A DNA stretch of 64,000 bases. It comes from Bugula neritina (Eukaryota; Animalia; Bryozoa). The notes under the pieces were generated by a model that saw only the letters and a program-made list of their open reading frames with translations, did no database searches and was not told where the DNA came from. A program made the translations under genes and the position numbers. Every line of letters begins with the position of its first letter. Within the stretch, counting starts at the first letter, position 1. Positions 40,001 to 53,000 of the stretch are shown here, one piece after another. The stretch spans positions 434,001 through 498,000 of the forward strand of contig CAXIUT010000103.1 of NCBI GenBank assembly GCA_964035545.1. The letters run 5' to 3'.

Positions 40001-43000
40001 ACAATATTATATTATATTTTATTCTACTCAGTAGTACCAACAATGAATATTTTATCATTGTTTATGGCAATCGTGAATCTCAACAATGAATAATAATAAT
40101 ATGCATTGTCAATTTTCACAAAGTAGCAGTCTTCAGTCAGCCCTCTCTAGTTCAAGATGGGCATCACTATACACACAAGAGTTAAGAACTTTAATGAGTC
40201 CTGTCAGCTAACCAGCTCATGAAGTCTACACAGTTTGATTGCAGGCGTTTGCATTTGACATTAGGACTAAAGTGTTGACTACATGGAGATTTCAACTTCA
40301 ATTGTTAATCAACTAATTGTTTTGGATCTACTTGTTACATCTGGCTTACTCTTTCTGGTAGGTTTATTTCATTAACTTTCTAGACTGATTTTCTTAACTT
40401 TCTGAAGAGTTTGTTGTGATGCGAAATATTACCAAATATCTCATGGCAACATGCCAATACAGTTAACACAGTAATTAAGCACTGGTGTCTTTGAAGCAGG
40501 CATCAAGTTTTGCATAAAAAAATTTATCAAGTATCTAAACACATGCAAGTGATGAGTTTGGAGATATTATTTAAAACTACAAAAGTTTCCATGCCGCTTG
40601 TAAATCAAAAGTGGACAATTGCTGCAAACACCTCTTTTCAAGGAATGACTCATTTATTTCTCATATGTTTGCAAAGGCATCTAAAATTAGTTTTTGCTCT
40701 AGCAAAATATAACACTGTGAAATGGCGCTGCAGATGAGCTTTCTCTTTTAATATGAAAACTGATGATTGAAGAGCAATATAGTCTACTAACAAAATGGGT
40801 TTTAGCAGTGACTCATCTCCACTGCCTGTAAACTATAAAGCTTCAAATCGTATACTGCAGGCCCATGGGCCAACTCTAGAACAATAACACAATTCACATG
40901 AGTCAGGATTGCTGGTTGTTAGAGGGGACAGGGGGGGCAGGAGAGGGGATGGGAAAATAAAACATCTAAATTCAATAGTAAAAGCGGGTGTACAATGCAA
41001 AGGTCTTCCAGCATCACTGGTATTTCCATAATAACTGCAAGGCCAAACTTTTGCTGATGGACAATCAGACAGAAAAACTCTTGCAAATAACAAAACTAAT
41101 ATTAGCCTGTGTCTGCTTCTTATAAACACAAAGAACAAAATTTTGGGAAAGATAACTCCCAACACACCTATCTTGCAACTGGTGCTGGTGCAATGAAATT
41201 GAAGGGTTATGTTTCATAGTCATATTTTCAACTAGTACTTCTAACTGCAAAGAAATAACATTGCAGAAAAAAGTGAAGATGTGAAGCACTGTAGATTTAT
41301 GGTAAGTTCTAATATGCATTTGATATAATTTATTTGTCCAGAAAATAATATTATATTATATTTTATTCTACTCAGTAGTACCAACAATGAATATTTTATC
41401 ATTGTTTATGGCAGTCGTGAATCTCAACAATGAATAATAATAATATGCATTGTCAATTTTCACAAAGTAGCAGTCTTCAGTCAGCCCTCTCTAGTTCAAG
41501 ATGGGCATCACTATACACACAAGAGTTAAGAACTTTAATGAGTCCTGTCAGCTAACCAGCTCATGAAGTCTACACAGTTTGATTGCAGGCGTTTGCATTT
41601 GACATTAGGACTAAAGTGTTGACTACATGGAGATTTCAACTTCAATTGTTAATCAACTAATTGTTTTGGATCTACTTGTTACATCTGGCTTACTCTTTCT
41701 GGTAGGTTTATTTCATTAACTTTCTAGACTGATTTTCTTAACTTTCTGAAGAGTTTGTTGTGATGCGAAATATTACCAAATATCTCATGGCAACATGCCA
41801 ATACAGTTAACACAGTAATTAAGCACTGGTGTCTTTGAAGCAGGCATCAAAGTTTGCATAAAAAAATTTATCAAGTATCTAAACACATGCAAGTGATGAG
41901 TTTGGAGATATTATTTAAAACTACAAAAGTTTCCATGCCGCTTGTAAATCAAAAGTGGACAATTGCTGCAAACACCTCTTTTCAAGGAATGACTCATTTA
42001 TTTCTCATGTTTGCAAAGGCATCTAAAATTAGTTTTTGCTCTAGCAAAATATAACACTGTGAAATGGCGCTGCAGATGAGCTTTCTCTTTTAATATGAAA
42101 ACTGATGATTGAAGAGCAATATAGTCTACTAACAAAATGGGTTTTAGCAGTGACTCATCTCCACTGCCTGTAAACTATAAAGCTTCAAATCGTATACTGC
42201 AGGCCCATGGGCCAACTCTAGAACAATAACACAATTCACATGAGTCAGGATTGCTGGTTGTTAGAGGGGACAGGGGGGCAGGAGAGGGGATGGGAAAATA
42301 AAACATCTAAATTCAATAGTAAAGGCGGGTGTACAATGCAAAGGTCTTCCAGCATCACTGGTATTTCCATAATAACTGCAAGGCCAAACTTTTGCTGATG
42401 GACAATCAGACAGAAAAACTCTTGCAAATAACAAAACTATTATTAGCCTGTGTCTGCTTCGTATAAACACAAAGAACAAAATTTTGGGAAAGATAACTCC
42501 CAACACACCTATCTTGCAACCGGTGCTGGTGCAATGAAATTGAAGGGCTATGTTTCATAGTCCTATATTCAGCTAGTACTTCTAACTAGAAAGAAATAAC
42601 ATTGCCGGAAAAGTTGAAGAGGTGAAGCACTGTAGAGTTATGGCAAGTTAGATTCTCTATATGATATTATTTATCTGTCAAGAAAATATTATATTATATT
42701 TTATTCTACTCAGTAGTACCAACAATGAATATTTTATCATTGTTTATGGCAATCGTGAATCTCAACAATGAATAATAATAATGTGCATTGTCAATTTTCA
42801 CAAAATAGCAGTCTTCAGTCAGCCCTCTCTAGTACAAGATGGGCATCACTATACACACAAGAGTTAAGAACTTTAATGAGTCCTGTCAGCTAACCAGCTC
42901 ATGAAGTCTACACAGTTTGGTTGCAGACGTTTGCATTTGACATTAGGACTAAAGTGTTGACTACATGGAGATTTCAACTTCAATTGTTAATCAACTTGTT

Positions 43001-46000
43001 TTGGATCTACTTGTTACATCTGGCTTACTCTCTCTGGTAGGTTTATTTCATTAACTTTCTATACTGATTTTCTTAACTTTCTGAAGAGTTTGTTGTGATG
43101 CGAAATATATTACCAAATATCTCATGGCAACGTGCCAATACAGTTAACACAGTAATTAAGCACTGGTGTCTTTGAAGCAGGCATCAAGTTTTGCATAAAA
43201 AAATTTATCAAGTATCTAAACACATGCAAGTGATGAGTTTGGAGATATTATTTAAAACTACAAAAGTTTCCATGCTGCGTGTAAATCAAAAGTGGACAAG
43301 TGCTGCAAACACCTCTTTTCATAGAATGACTCATTTATTTCTCATATGTTTGCAAAGGCATCTAAAATTAGTTATTGCTCTAGCAAAATATAACACTGTG
43401 AAATGGCGCTGCAGATGAGTTTTCTCTTTTAATATGAAAACTGATGATTGAAGAGCAATATAGTCTACTAATAAATTGGGTTTCAGCAGTGACTCATCTC
43501 CACTGCCTGTAAACTATAAATCTTCAAATCGTATACTGTAGGCCCATGGTCCAACTCTAAAACAATAACACATTTCACATGAGTCAGGATTACTGGTTGT
43601 TAGAAGGGACAGGGGGGCAGGAGAGGGGAGGGGAAAATAAAACATCTAAATTTAATAGTAAAGGCGGGTGTACAATGCAAAGGTCTTCCAGCATCACTGA
43701 TATTTCCATAATAACTGCAAGGCGCAAGCTCCTGCTGATGGACAATATGACAGAAAAAACTCTTTCAAATAAGTAAACTAATATTAGCCTGTGTCTGCTT
43801 CGTATAAACGCCAAGAACAAACTTTTAGGAAAGATAACTCCCACCACACCTATCTTGCAACTGGTGCTGGTGCAATGAAATTGAAGGGTTATGTTTCATA
43901 GTCATATTTTCAACTAGTACTTCTAACTGCAAAGAAATAACATTGCAGAAAAAAGTGAAGATGTGAAGCACTGTAGATTTATGGTAAGTTCTAATATGCA
44001 TTTGATATTATTTATTTGTCCAGAAAATAATATTATATTATATTTTATTCTACTCAGTAGTACCAACAATGAATATTTTATCATTGTTTATGGCAGTCGT
44101 GAATCTCAACAATGAATAATAATAATATGCATTGTCAATTTTCACAAAGTAGCAGTCTTCAGTCAGCCCTCTCTAGTTCAAGATGGGCATCACTATGCAC
44201 ACAAGAGTTAAGAACTTTAATGAGTCCTGTCAGCTAACCAGCTCATGAAGTCTACACAGTTTGATTGCAGGCGTTTGCATTTGACATTAGGACTAAAGTG
44301 TTGACTACATGGAGATTTCAACTTCAATTGTTAATCAACTAATTGTTTTGGATCTACTTGTTACATCTGGCTTACTCTTTCTGGTAGGTTTATTTCATTA
44401 ACTTTCTAGACTGATTTTCTTAACTTTCTGAAGAGTTTGTTGTGATGCGAAATATTACCAAATATCTCATGGCAACATGCCAATACAGTTAACACAGTAA
44501 TTAAGCACTGGTGTCTTTGAAGCAGGCATCAAGTTTTGCATAAAAAAATTTATCAAGTATCTAAACACATGCAAGTGATGAGTTTGGAGATATTATTTAA
44601 AACTACAAAAGTTTCCATGCCGCTTGTAAATCAAAAGTGGACAATTGCTGCAAACACCTCTTTTCAAGGAATGACTCATTTATTTCTCATATGTTTGCAA
44701 AGGCATCTAAAATTAGTTTTTGCTCTAGCAAAATATAACACTGTGAAATGGCGCTGCAGATGAGCTTTCTCTTTTAATATGAAAACTGATGATTGAAGAG
44801 CAATATAGTCTACTAACAAAATGGGTTTTAGCAGTGACTCATCTCCACTGCCTGTAAACTATAAAGCTTCAAATCGTATACTGCAGGCCCATGGGCCAAC
44901 TCTAGAACAATAACACAATTCACATGAGTCAGGATTGCTGGTTGTTAGAGGGGACAGGGGGGCAGGAGAGGGGATGGGAAAATAAAACATCTAAATTCAA
45001 TAGTAAAGGCGGGTGTACAATGCAAAGGTCTTCCAGCATCACTGGTATTTCCATAATAACTGCAAGGCCAAACTTTTGCTGATGGACAATCAGACAGAAA
45101 AACTCTTGGAAATAACAAAACTATTATTAGCCTGTGTCTGCTTCGTATAAACACAAAGAACAAAATTTTGGGAAAGATAACTCCCAACACACCTATCTTG
45201 CAACTGGTGCTGGTGCAATGAAATTGAAGGGCTATGTTTCATAGTCCTATATTCAGCTAGTACTTCTAACTAGAAAGAAATAACATTGCCGGAAAAGTTG
45301 AAGAGGTGAAGCACTGTAGAGTTATGGCAAGTTAGATTCTCTATATGATATTATTTATCTGTCAAGAAAATATTATATTATATTTTATTCTACTCACTAG
45401 TACCAACAATGAATATTTTATCATTGTTTATGGCAGTCGTGAATCTCAACAATGAATAATAATAATACGCATTGTCAATTTTCACAAAGTAGCAGTCTTC
45501 AGTCAGCCCTCTCTAGTTCAAGATGGGCATCACTATACACACAAGAGTTAAGAACTTTAATGAGTCCTGTCAGGTAACCAGCTCATGAAGTCTACACAGT
45601 TTGGTTGCAGACGTTTGCATTTGACATTAGGATTAAAGTGTTCACTACATGGAGACTTCAACTTCAATTGTTAATCAACTTGTTTTGGATCTACTTGTCA
45701 CATCTGGCTTACTCTCTCTGGTAGGTTTATTTCATTAACTTTCTAGACTGATTTTCTTAACTTTCTGAAGAGTTTGTTGTGATGCGAAATATATTGCCAA
45801 ATATCTCATGGCAACGTGCCAATACAGTTAACACAGTAATTAAGCACTGGTGTCTTTGAAGCAGGCATCAAGTTATGCATAAAAATGTTCATCAAGTATC
45901 TAAACACATGCAAGTGATGAGTTTGGAGATATTATTTAAAACTACAAAAGTTTCCATGCCGCGTGTAAATCAAAAGTGGACAAGTGCTGCAAACACCTCT

Positions 46001-47015
46001 TTTCATAGAATGACTCATTTATTTCTCATATGTTTGCAAAGGCATCTAAAATTAGTTATTGCTCTAGCAAAATATAACACTGTGAAATGGCGCTGCAGAT
46101 GAGCTTTCTCTTTTAATATGAAAACTGATGATTGAAGAGCAATATAGTCTACTAATAAAATGGGTTTCAGCAGTGACTCATCTCCACTGCCTGTAAACTA
46201 TAAAGCTTCAAATCGTATACTGTAGGCCCATGGGCCAACTCTAGAACAATAACACAATTCACATGAGTCAAGATTGCTGGTTGTTAGAGGGGGCAGGGGG
46301 CAGGAGAGGGGATGGGAAAATAAAACATCTAAATTCAATAGTAAAGGCGGGTGTACAATGCAAAGGTCTTCCAGCATCACTGGTATTTCCATAATAACTG
46401 CAAGGCGCAAACTTTTGCTGATGGACAATCAGACAGAAAAACTCTTGCAAATAACAAAACTAATATTAGCCTGTGTCTGCTTCGTATAAACACCAAGAAC
46501 AAAATTTTGGGAAAGATAACTCCCAACACACCTATCTTGCAACTGGTGCTGGTGCAATGAAATTGAAGGGTTATGTTTCATAGTCATATATTCAGCTAGT
46601 ACTTCTAACTGCAAGAAATAACATTGCAGAAAAAGGTGAAGATGTGAAGCACTGTAGATTTATGGTAAGTTATAATATGCATTTGATATTACTTATCTGT
46701 CCAGAAAACAATATTATATTATATTTTATTCTACTCAGTAGTACCAACAATGAATATTTTATCATTGTTTATGGCAGTCGTGAATCTCAACAATGAATAA
46801 TAATAATATGCATTGTCAATTTTCACAAAGTAGCAGTCTTCAGTCAGCCCTCTCTAGTTCAAGATGGGCATCACTATACACACAAGAGTTAAGAACTTTA
46901 ATGAGTCCTGTCAGCTAACCAGCTCATGAAGTCTACACAGTTTGGTTGCGGACGTTTGCATTTGACATTAGGACTAAAGTGTTGACTACATGGAGATTTC
47001 AACTTCAATTGTTAA

Positions 47016-50000
47016 TCAACTTGTTTTGGATCTACTTGTTACATCTGGCTTACTCTTTCTGGTAGGTTTATTTCATTAACTTTCTAGACTGATTTTCTTA
47101 ACTTTCTGAAGAGTTTGTTGTGATGCGAAATATATTACCAAATATCTCATGGCAACGTGCCAATACATTTAAATCAGTAATGAAGCACTGGTGTCTTTGA
47201 AGCAGGCATCAAGTTATGCATAAAAATGTTCATCAAGTATCTAAACACATGCAAGTGATGAGTTTGGAGATATTATTTAAAACTACAAAAGTTTCCATGC
47301 CGCTTGTAAATCAAAAGTGGACGATTGCTGCAAACACCTCTTTTCATAGAATGACTCAGTTATTTCTCATATGTTTGCAAAGGCATCTAAAATTAGTTAT
47401 TGCTCTTGCAAAATATAACACTGTGAAATGGCGCTGCAGATGAGCTTTCTCTTTTAATATGAAAACTGATGATTGAAGAGCAATATAGTCTACTAATAAA
47501 ATGGGTTTCAGCAGTGACTCATCTCCACTGCCTGTAAACTATAAAGCTTCAAATCGTATACTGTAGACCCATGGGCCAACTCTAGAACAATAACACAATT
47601 CACATGAGTCAGGATTGCTGGTTGTTAGAGGGGACAGGGGGGCAGGAGAGGGGATGGGAAAATAAAACATCTAAATTCAATAGTAAAAGCGGATGTACAA
47701 TGCAAAGGTCTTCCAGCATCACTGGTATTTCCATAATAACTGCAAGGCGCTAACTTTTGCTGACGGACAATCAGACAGAAAAACTCTTGCAAATAACAAA
47801 ACTAATATTAGCCTGTGTCTGCTTCGTATAAACACCAAGAACAAAATTTTGGGAAAGATAACTCCCAACACACCTATCTTGCAACTGGTGCTGGTGCAAT
47901 GAAATTGAAGGGTTATGTTTCATAGTCATATATTCAGCTAGTACTTCTAACTGCAAAGAAATAACATTGCAGAAAAAGGTGAAGATGTGAAGCACTGTAG
48001 ATTTATGGTAAGTTATAATATGCATTTGATATTACTTATCTGTCCAGAAAACAATGTTATATTATATTTTATTCTACTCAGTAGTACCAACAATGAATAT
48101 TTTATCATTGTTTATGGCAGTCGTGAATCTCAACAATGAATAATAATAATGTGCATTGTCAATTTTCACAAAATAGCAGTCTTCAGTCAGCCCTCTCTAG
48201 TACAAGATGGGCATCACTATACACACAAGAGTTAAGAACTTTAATGAGTCCTGTCAGCTAACCAGCTCATGAAGTCTACACAGTTTGGTTGCAGACGTTT
48301 GCATTTGACATTAGGACTAAAGTGTTGACTACATGGAGATTTCAACTTCAATTGTTAATCAACTTGTTTTGGATCTACTTGTTACATCTGGCTTACTCTC
48401 TCTGGTAGGTTTATTTCATTAACTTTCTAGACTGATTTTCTTAACTTTCTGAAGAGTTTGTTGTGATGCGAAATATTACCAAATATCTCATGGCAACGTG
48501 CCAATACAGTTAACACAGTAATTAAGCACTGGTGTCTTTGAAGCAGGCATCAAGTTTTGCATAAAATAATTTATCAAGTATCTAAACACATGCAAGTGAT
48601 GAGTTTGGAGGTATTATTTAAAACTACAAAAGTTTCCATGCCGCGTGTAAATCAAAAGTGGACAATTGCTGCAAACACCTCTTTTCATAGACTGACTCAT
48701 TTATTTCTCATATGTTTGCAAAGGCATCTAAAATTAGTTATTGCTCTAGCAAAATATAACACTGTGAAATGGCGCTGCAGATGAGCTTTCTCTTTTAATA
48801 TGAAAACTGATGATTGAAGAGCAATATAGTCTACTAATAAAATGGGTTTCAGCAGTGACTCATCTCGACTGCCTGTAAACTATAAAGCTTCAAATCGTAT
48901 ACTGTAGGCCCATGGGCCAACTCTAGAACAATAACACAATTCACATGAGTCAGGATTGCTGGTTGTTAGAGGGGACGGGGGGGGCAGGAGATGGGATGGG
49001 AAAATGAAACATCTAAACTCAATAGTAAAAGCGGGTGTACAATGCAAAGGTCTTCCAGCATCACTGGTATTTCCATAATAACTGCAAGGCGCAAACTTTT
49101 GCTGATGGACAATCAGACAGAAAAACTCTTGCAAATAACAAAACTAATATTAGCCTGTGTCTGCTTCGTATAAACGCCAAGAACAAACTTCTAGGAAAGA
49201 TAACTCCCACCACACCTATCTTGCAACCGGTGCTGGTGCAATGAAATTGAAGGGCTATGTTTCATAGTCCTATATTCAGCTAGTACTTCTAACTAGAAAG
49301 AAATAACATTGCCGGAAAAGTTGAAGAGGTGAAGCACTGTAGAGTTATGGCAAGTTAGATTCTCTATATGATATTATTTATCTGTCAAGAAAATATTATA
49401 TTATATTTTATTCTACTCAGTAGTACCAACAATGAATATTTTATCATTGTTTATGGCAGTCGTGAATCTCAACAATGAATAATAATAATACGCATTGTCA
49501 ATTTTCACAAAGTAGCAGTCTTCAGTCAGCCCTCTCTAGTTAAAGATGGGCATCACTATACACACAAGAGTTAAGAACTTTAATGAGTCCTGTCAGGTAA
49601 CCAGCTCATGAAGTCTACACAGTTTGGTTGCAGACGTTTGCATTTGACATTAGGATTAAAGTGTTCACTACATGGAGACTTCAACTTCAATTGGTAATCA
49701 ACTTGTTTTGGATCTACTTGTCACATCTGGCTTACTCTCTCTGGTAGGTTTATTTCATTAACTTTCTAGACTGATTTTCTTAACTTTCTGAAGAGTTTGT
49801 TGTGATGCGAAATATATTGCCAAATATCTCATGGCAACGTGCCAATACAGTTAACACAGTAATTAAGCACTGGTGTCTTTGAAGCAGGCATCAAGTTATG
49901 CATAAAAATGTTCATCAAGTATCTCAACACATGCAAGTGATGAGTTTGGAGATATTATTTAAAACTACAAAAGTTTCCATGCCGCGTGTAAATCAAAAGT

Positions 50001-53000
50001 GAACAAGTGCTGCAAACACCTCTTTTCATAGAATGACTCATTTATTTCTCATATGTTTGAAAAGGCATCTAAAATTAGTTATTGCTCTAGCAAAATATAA
50101 CACTGTGAAATGGCGCTGCAGATGAGCTTTCTCTTTTAATATGAAAACTGATGATTGAAGAGCAATATAGTCTACTAATAAAATGGGTTTCAGCAGTGAC
50201 TCATCTCCACTGCCTGTAAACTATAAAGCTTCAAATCGTATACTGTAGGCCCATGGGCCAACTCTAGAACAATAACACAATTCACATGAGTCAGGATTGC
50301 TGGTTGTTAGAGGGGGCAGGGGGCAGGAGAGGGGATGGGAAAATAAAACATCTAAATTCAATAGTAAAGGCGGGTGTACAATGCAAAGGTCTTCCAGCAT
50401 CACTGGTATTTCCATAATAACTGCAAGGCGCAAACTTTTGCTGATGGACAATCAGACAGAAAAACTCTTACAAATAACAAAACTAATATTAGCCTGTGTC
50501 TGCTTCGTATAAACACCAAGAACAAAATTTTAGGAAAGATAACTCCCAAAACACCTATCTTGCAACTGGTGCTGGTGCAAAGAAATTGAAGGGTTATGTT
50601 TCATAGTCATATATTCAGCTAGTACTTCTAACTGCAAAGGAGTAACATTGCAGAAAAAGGTGAAGATGTGAAGCACTGTAGATTTATGGTAAGTTATAAT
50701 ATGCATTTGATATTACTTATCTGTCCAGAAAACAATATTATATTATATTTTATTCTACTCAGTAGTACCAACAATGAATATTTTATCATTGTTTATGGCA
50801 GTCGTGAATCTCAACAATGAATAATAAAAATATGCATTGTCAATTTTCACAAAGTAGCAGTCTTCAGTCAGCCCTCTCTAGTTCAAGATGGGCATCACTA
50901 TACACACAAGAGTTAAGAACTTTAATGAGTCCTGTCAGCTAACCAGCTCATGAAGTCTACACAGTTTGGTTGCAGACGTTTGCATTTGACATTAGGACTA
51001 AAGTGTTGACTACATGGAGATTTCAACTTCAATTGTTAATCAACTTGTTTTGGATCTACTTGTTACATCTGGCTTACTCTTTCTGGTAGGTTTATTTCAT
51101 TAACTTTCTAGACTGATTTTCTTAACTTTCTGAAGAGTTTGTTGTGATGCGAAATATATTACCAAATATCTCATGGCAACGTGCCAATACATTTAACACA
51201 GTAATGAAGCACTGGTGTCTTTGAAGCAGGCATCAAGTTATGCATAAAAATGTTCATCAAGTATCTAAACGCATGCAAGTGATGAGTTTGGAGATATTAT
51301 TTAAAACTACAAAAGTTTCCATGCCGCTTGTAAATCAAAAGTGGACAATTGCTGCAAACACCTCTTTTCATAGAATGACTCAGTTATTTCTCATATGTTT
51401 GCAAAGGCATCTAAAATTAGTTATTGCTCTTGCAAAATATAACACTGTGAAATGGCGCTGCAGATGAGCTTTCCCTTTTAATATGAAAACTGATGATTGA
51501 AGAGCAATATATTCTACTAATAAAATGGGTTTCAGCAGTGACTCATCTCCACTGCCTATAAACTATAAAGCTTCAAATCGTATACTGTAGACCCATGGGC
51601 CAGCTCTAGAACAATAACACAATTCACATGAGTCAGGATTGCTGGTTGTTAGAGGGGACAGGGGGGCAGGAGAGGGGATGGGAAAATAAAACATCTAAAT
51701 TCAATAGTAAAAGCGGATGTACAATGCAAAGGTCTTCCAGCATCACTGGTATTTCCATAATAACTGCAAGGCGCAAACTTTTGCTGACGGACAATCAGAC
51801 AGAAAAACTCTTGCAAATAACAAAACTAATATTAGCCTGTGTCTGCTTCGTATAAACACCAAGAACAAAATTTTAGGAAAGATAACTCCCAACACACCTA
51901 TCTTGCAACTGGTGCTGGTGCAAAGAAATTGAAGGGTTATGTTTCATAGTCATATATTCAGCTAGTACTTCTAACTGCAAAGGAGTAACATTGCAGAAAA
52001 AGGTGAAGATGTGAAGCACTGTAGATTTATGGTAAGTTATAATATGCATTTGATATTACTTATCTGTCCAGAAAACAATATTATATTATATTTTATTCTA
52101 CTCAGTAGTACCAACAATGAATATTTTATCATTGTTTATGGCAGTCGTGAATCTCAACAATGAATAATAATAATATGCATTGTCAATTTTCACAAAGTAG
52201 CAGTCTTAAGTCAGCCCTCTCTAGTTCAAGATGGGCATCACTATACACACAAGAGTTAAGAACTTTAATGAGTCCTGTCAGCTAACCAGCTCATGAAGTC
52301 TACACAGTTTGGTTGCAGACGTTTGCATTTGACATTAGGACTAAAGTGTTGACTACATGGAGATTTCAACTTCAATTGTTAATCAACTTGTTTTGGATCT
52401 ACTTGTTACATCTGGCTTACTCTTTCTGGTAGGTTTATTTCATTAACTTTCTAGACTGATTTTCTTAACTTTCTGAAGAGTTTGTTGTGATGCGAAATAT
52501 ATTACCAAATATCTCATGGCAACGTGCCAATACATTTAACACAGTAATGAAGCACTGGTGTCTTTGAAGCAGGCATCAAGTTATGCATAAAAATGTTCAT
52601 CAAGTATCTAAACACATGCAAGTGATGAGTTTGGAGATATTATTTAAAACTACAAAAGTTTCCATGCCGCTTGTAAATCAAAAGTGGACAATTGCTGCAA
52701 ACACCTCTTTTCATAGAATGACTCAGTTATTTCTCATATGTTTGCAAAGGCATCTAAAATTAGTTATTGCTCTTGCAAAATATAACACTGTGAAATGGCG
52801 CTGCAGATGAGCTTTCCCTTTTAATATGAAAACTGATGATTGAAGAGCAATATATTCTACTAATAAAATGGGTTTCAGCAGTGACTCATCTCCACTGCCT
52901 ATAAACTATAAAGCTTCAAATCGTATACTGTAGACCCATGGGCCAACTCTAGAACAATAACACAATTCACATGAGTCAGGATTGCTGGTTGTTAGAGGGG

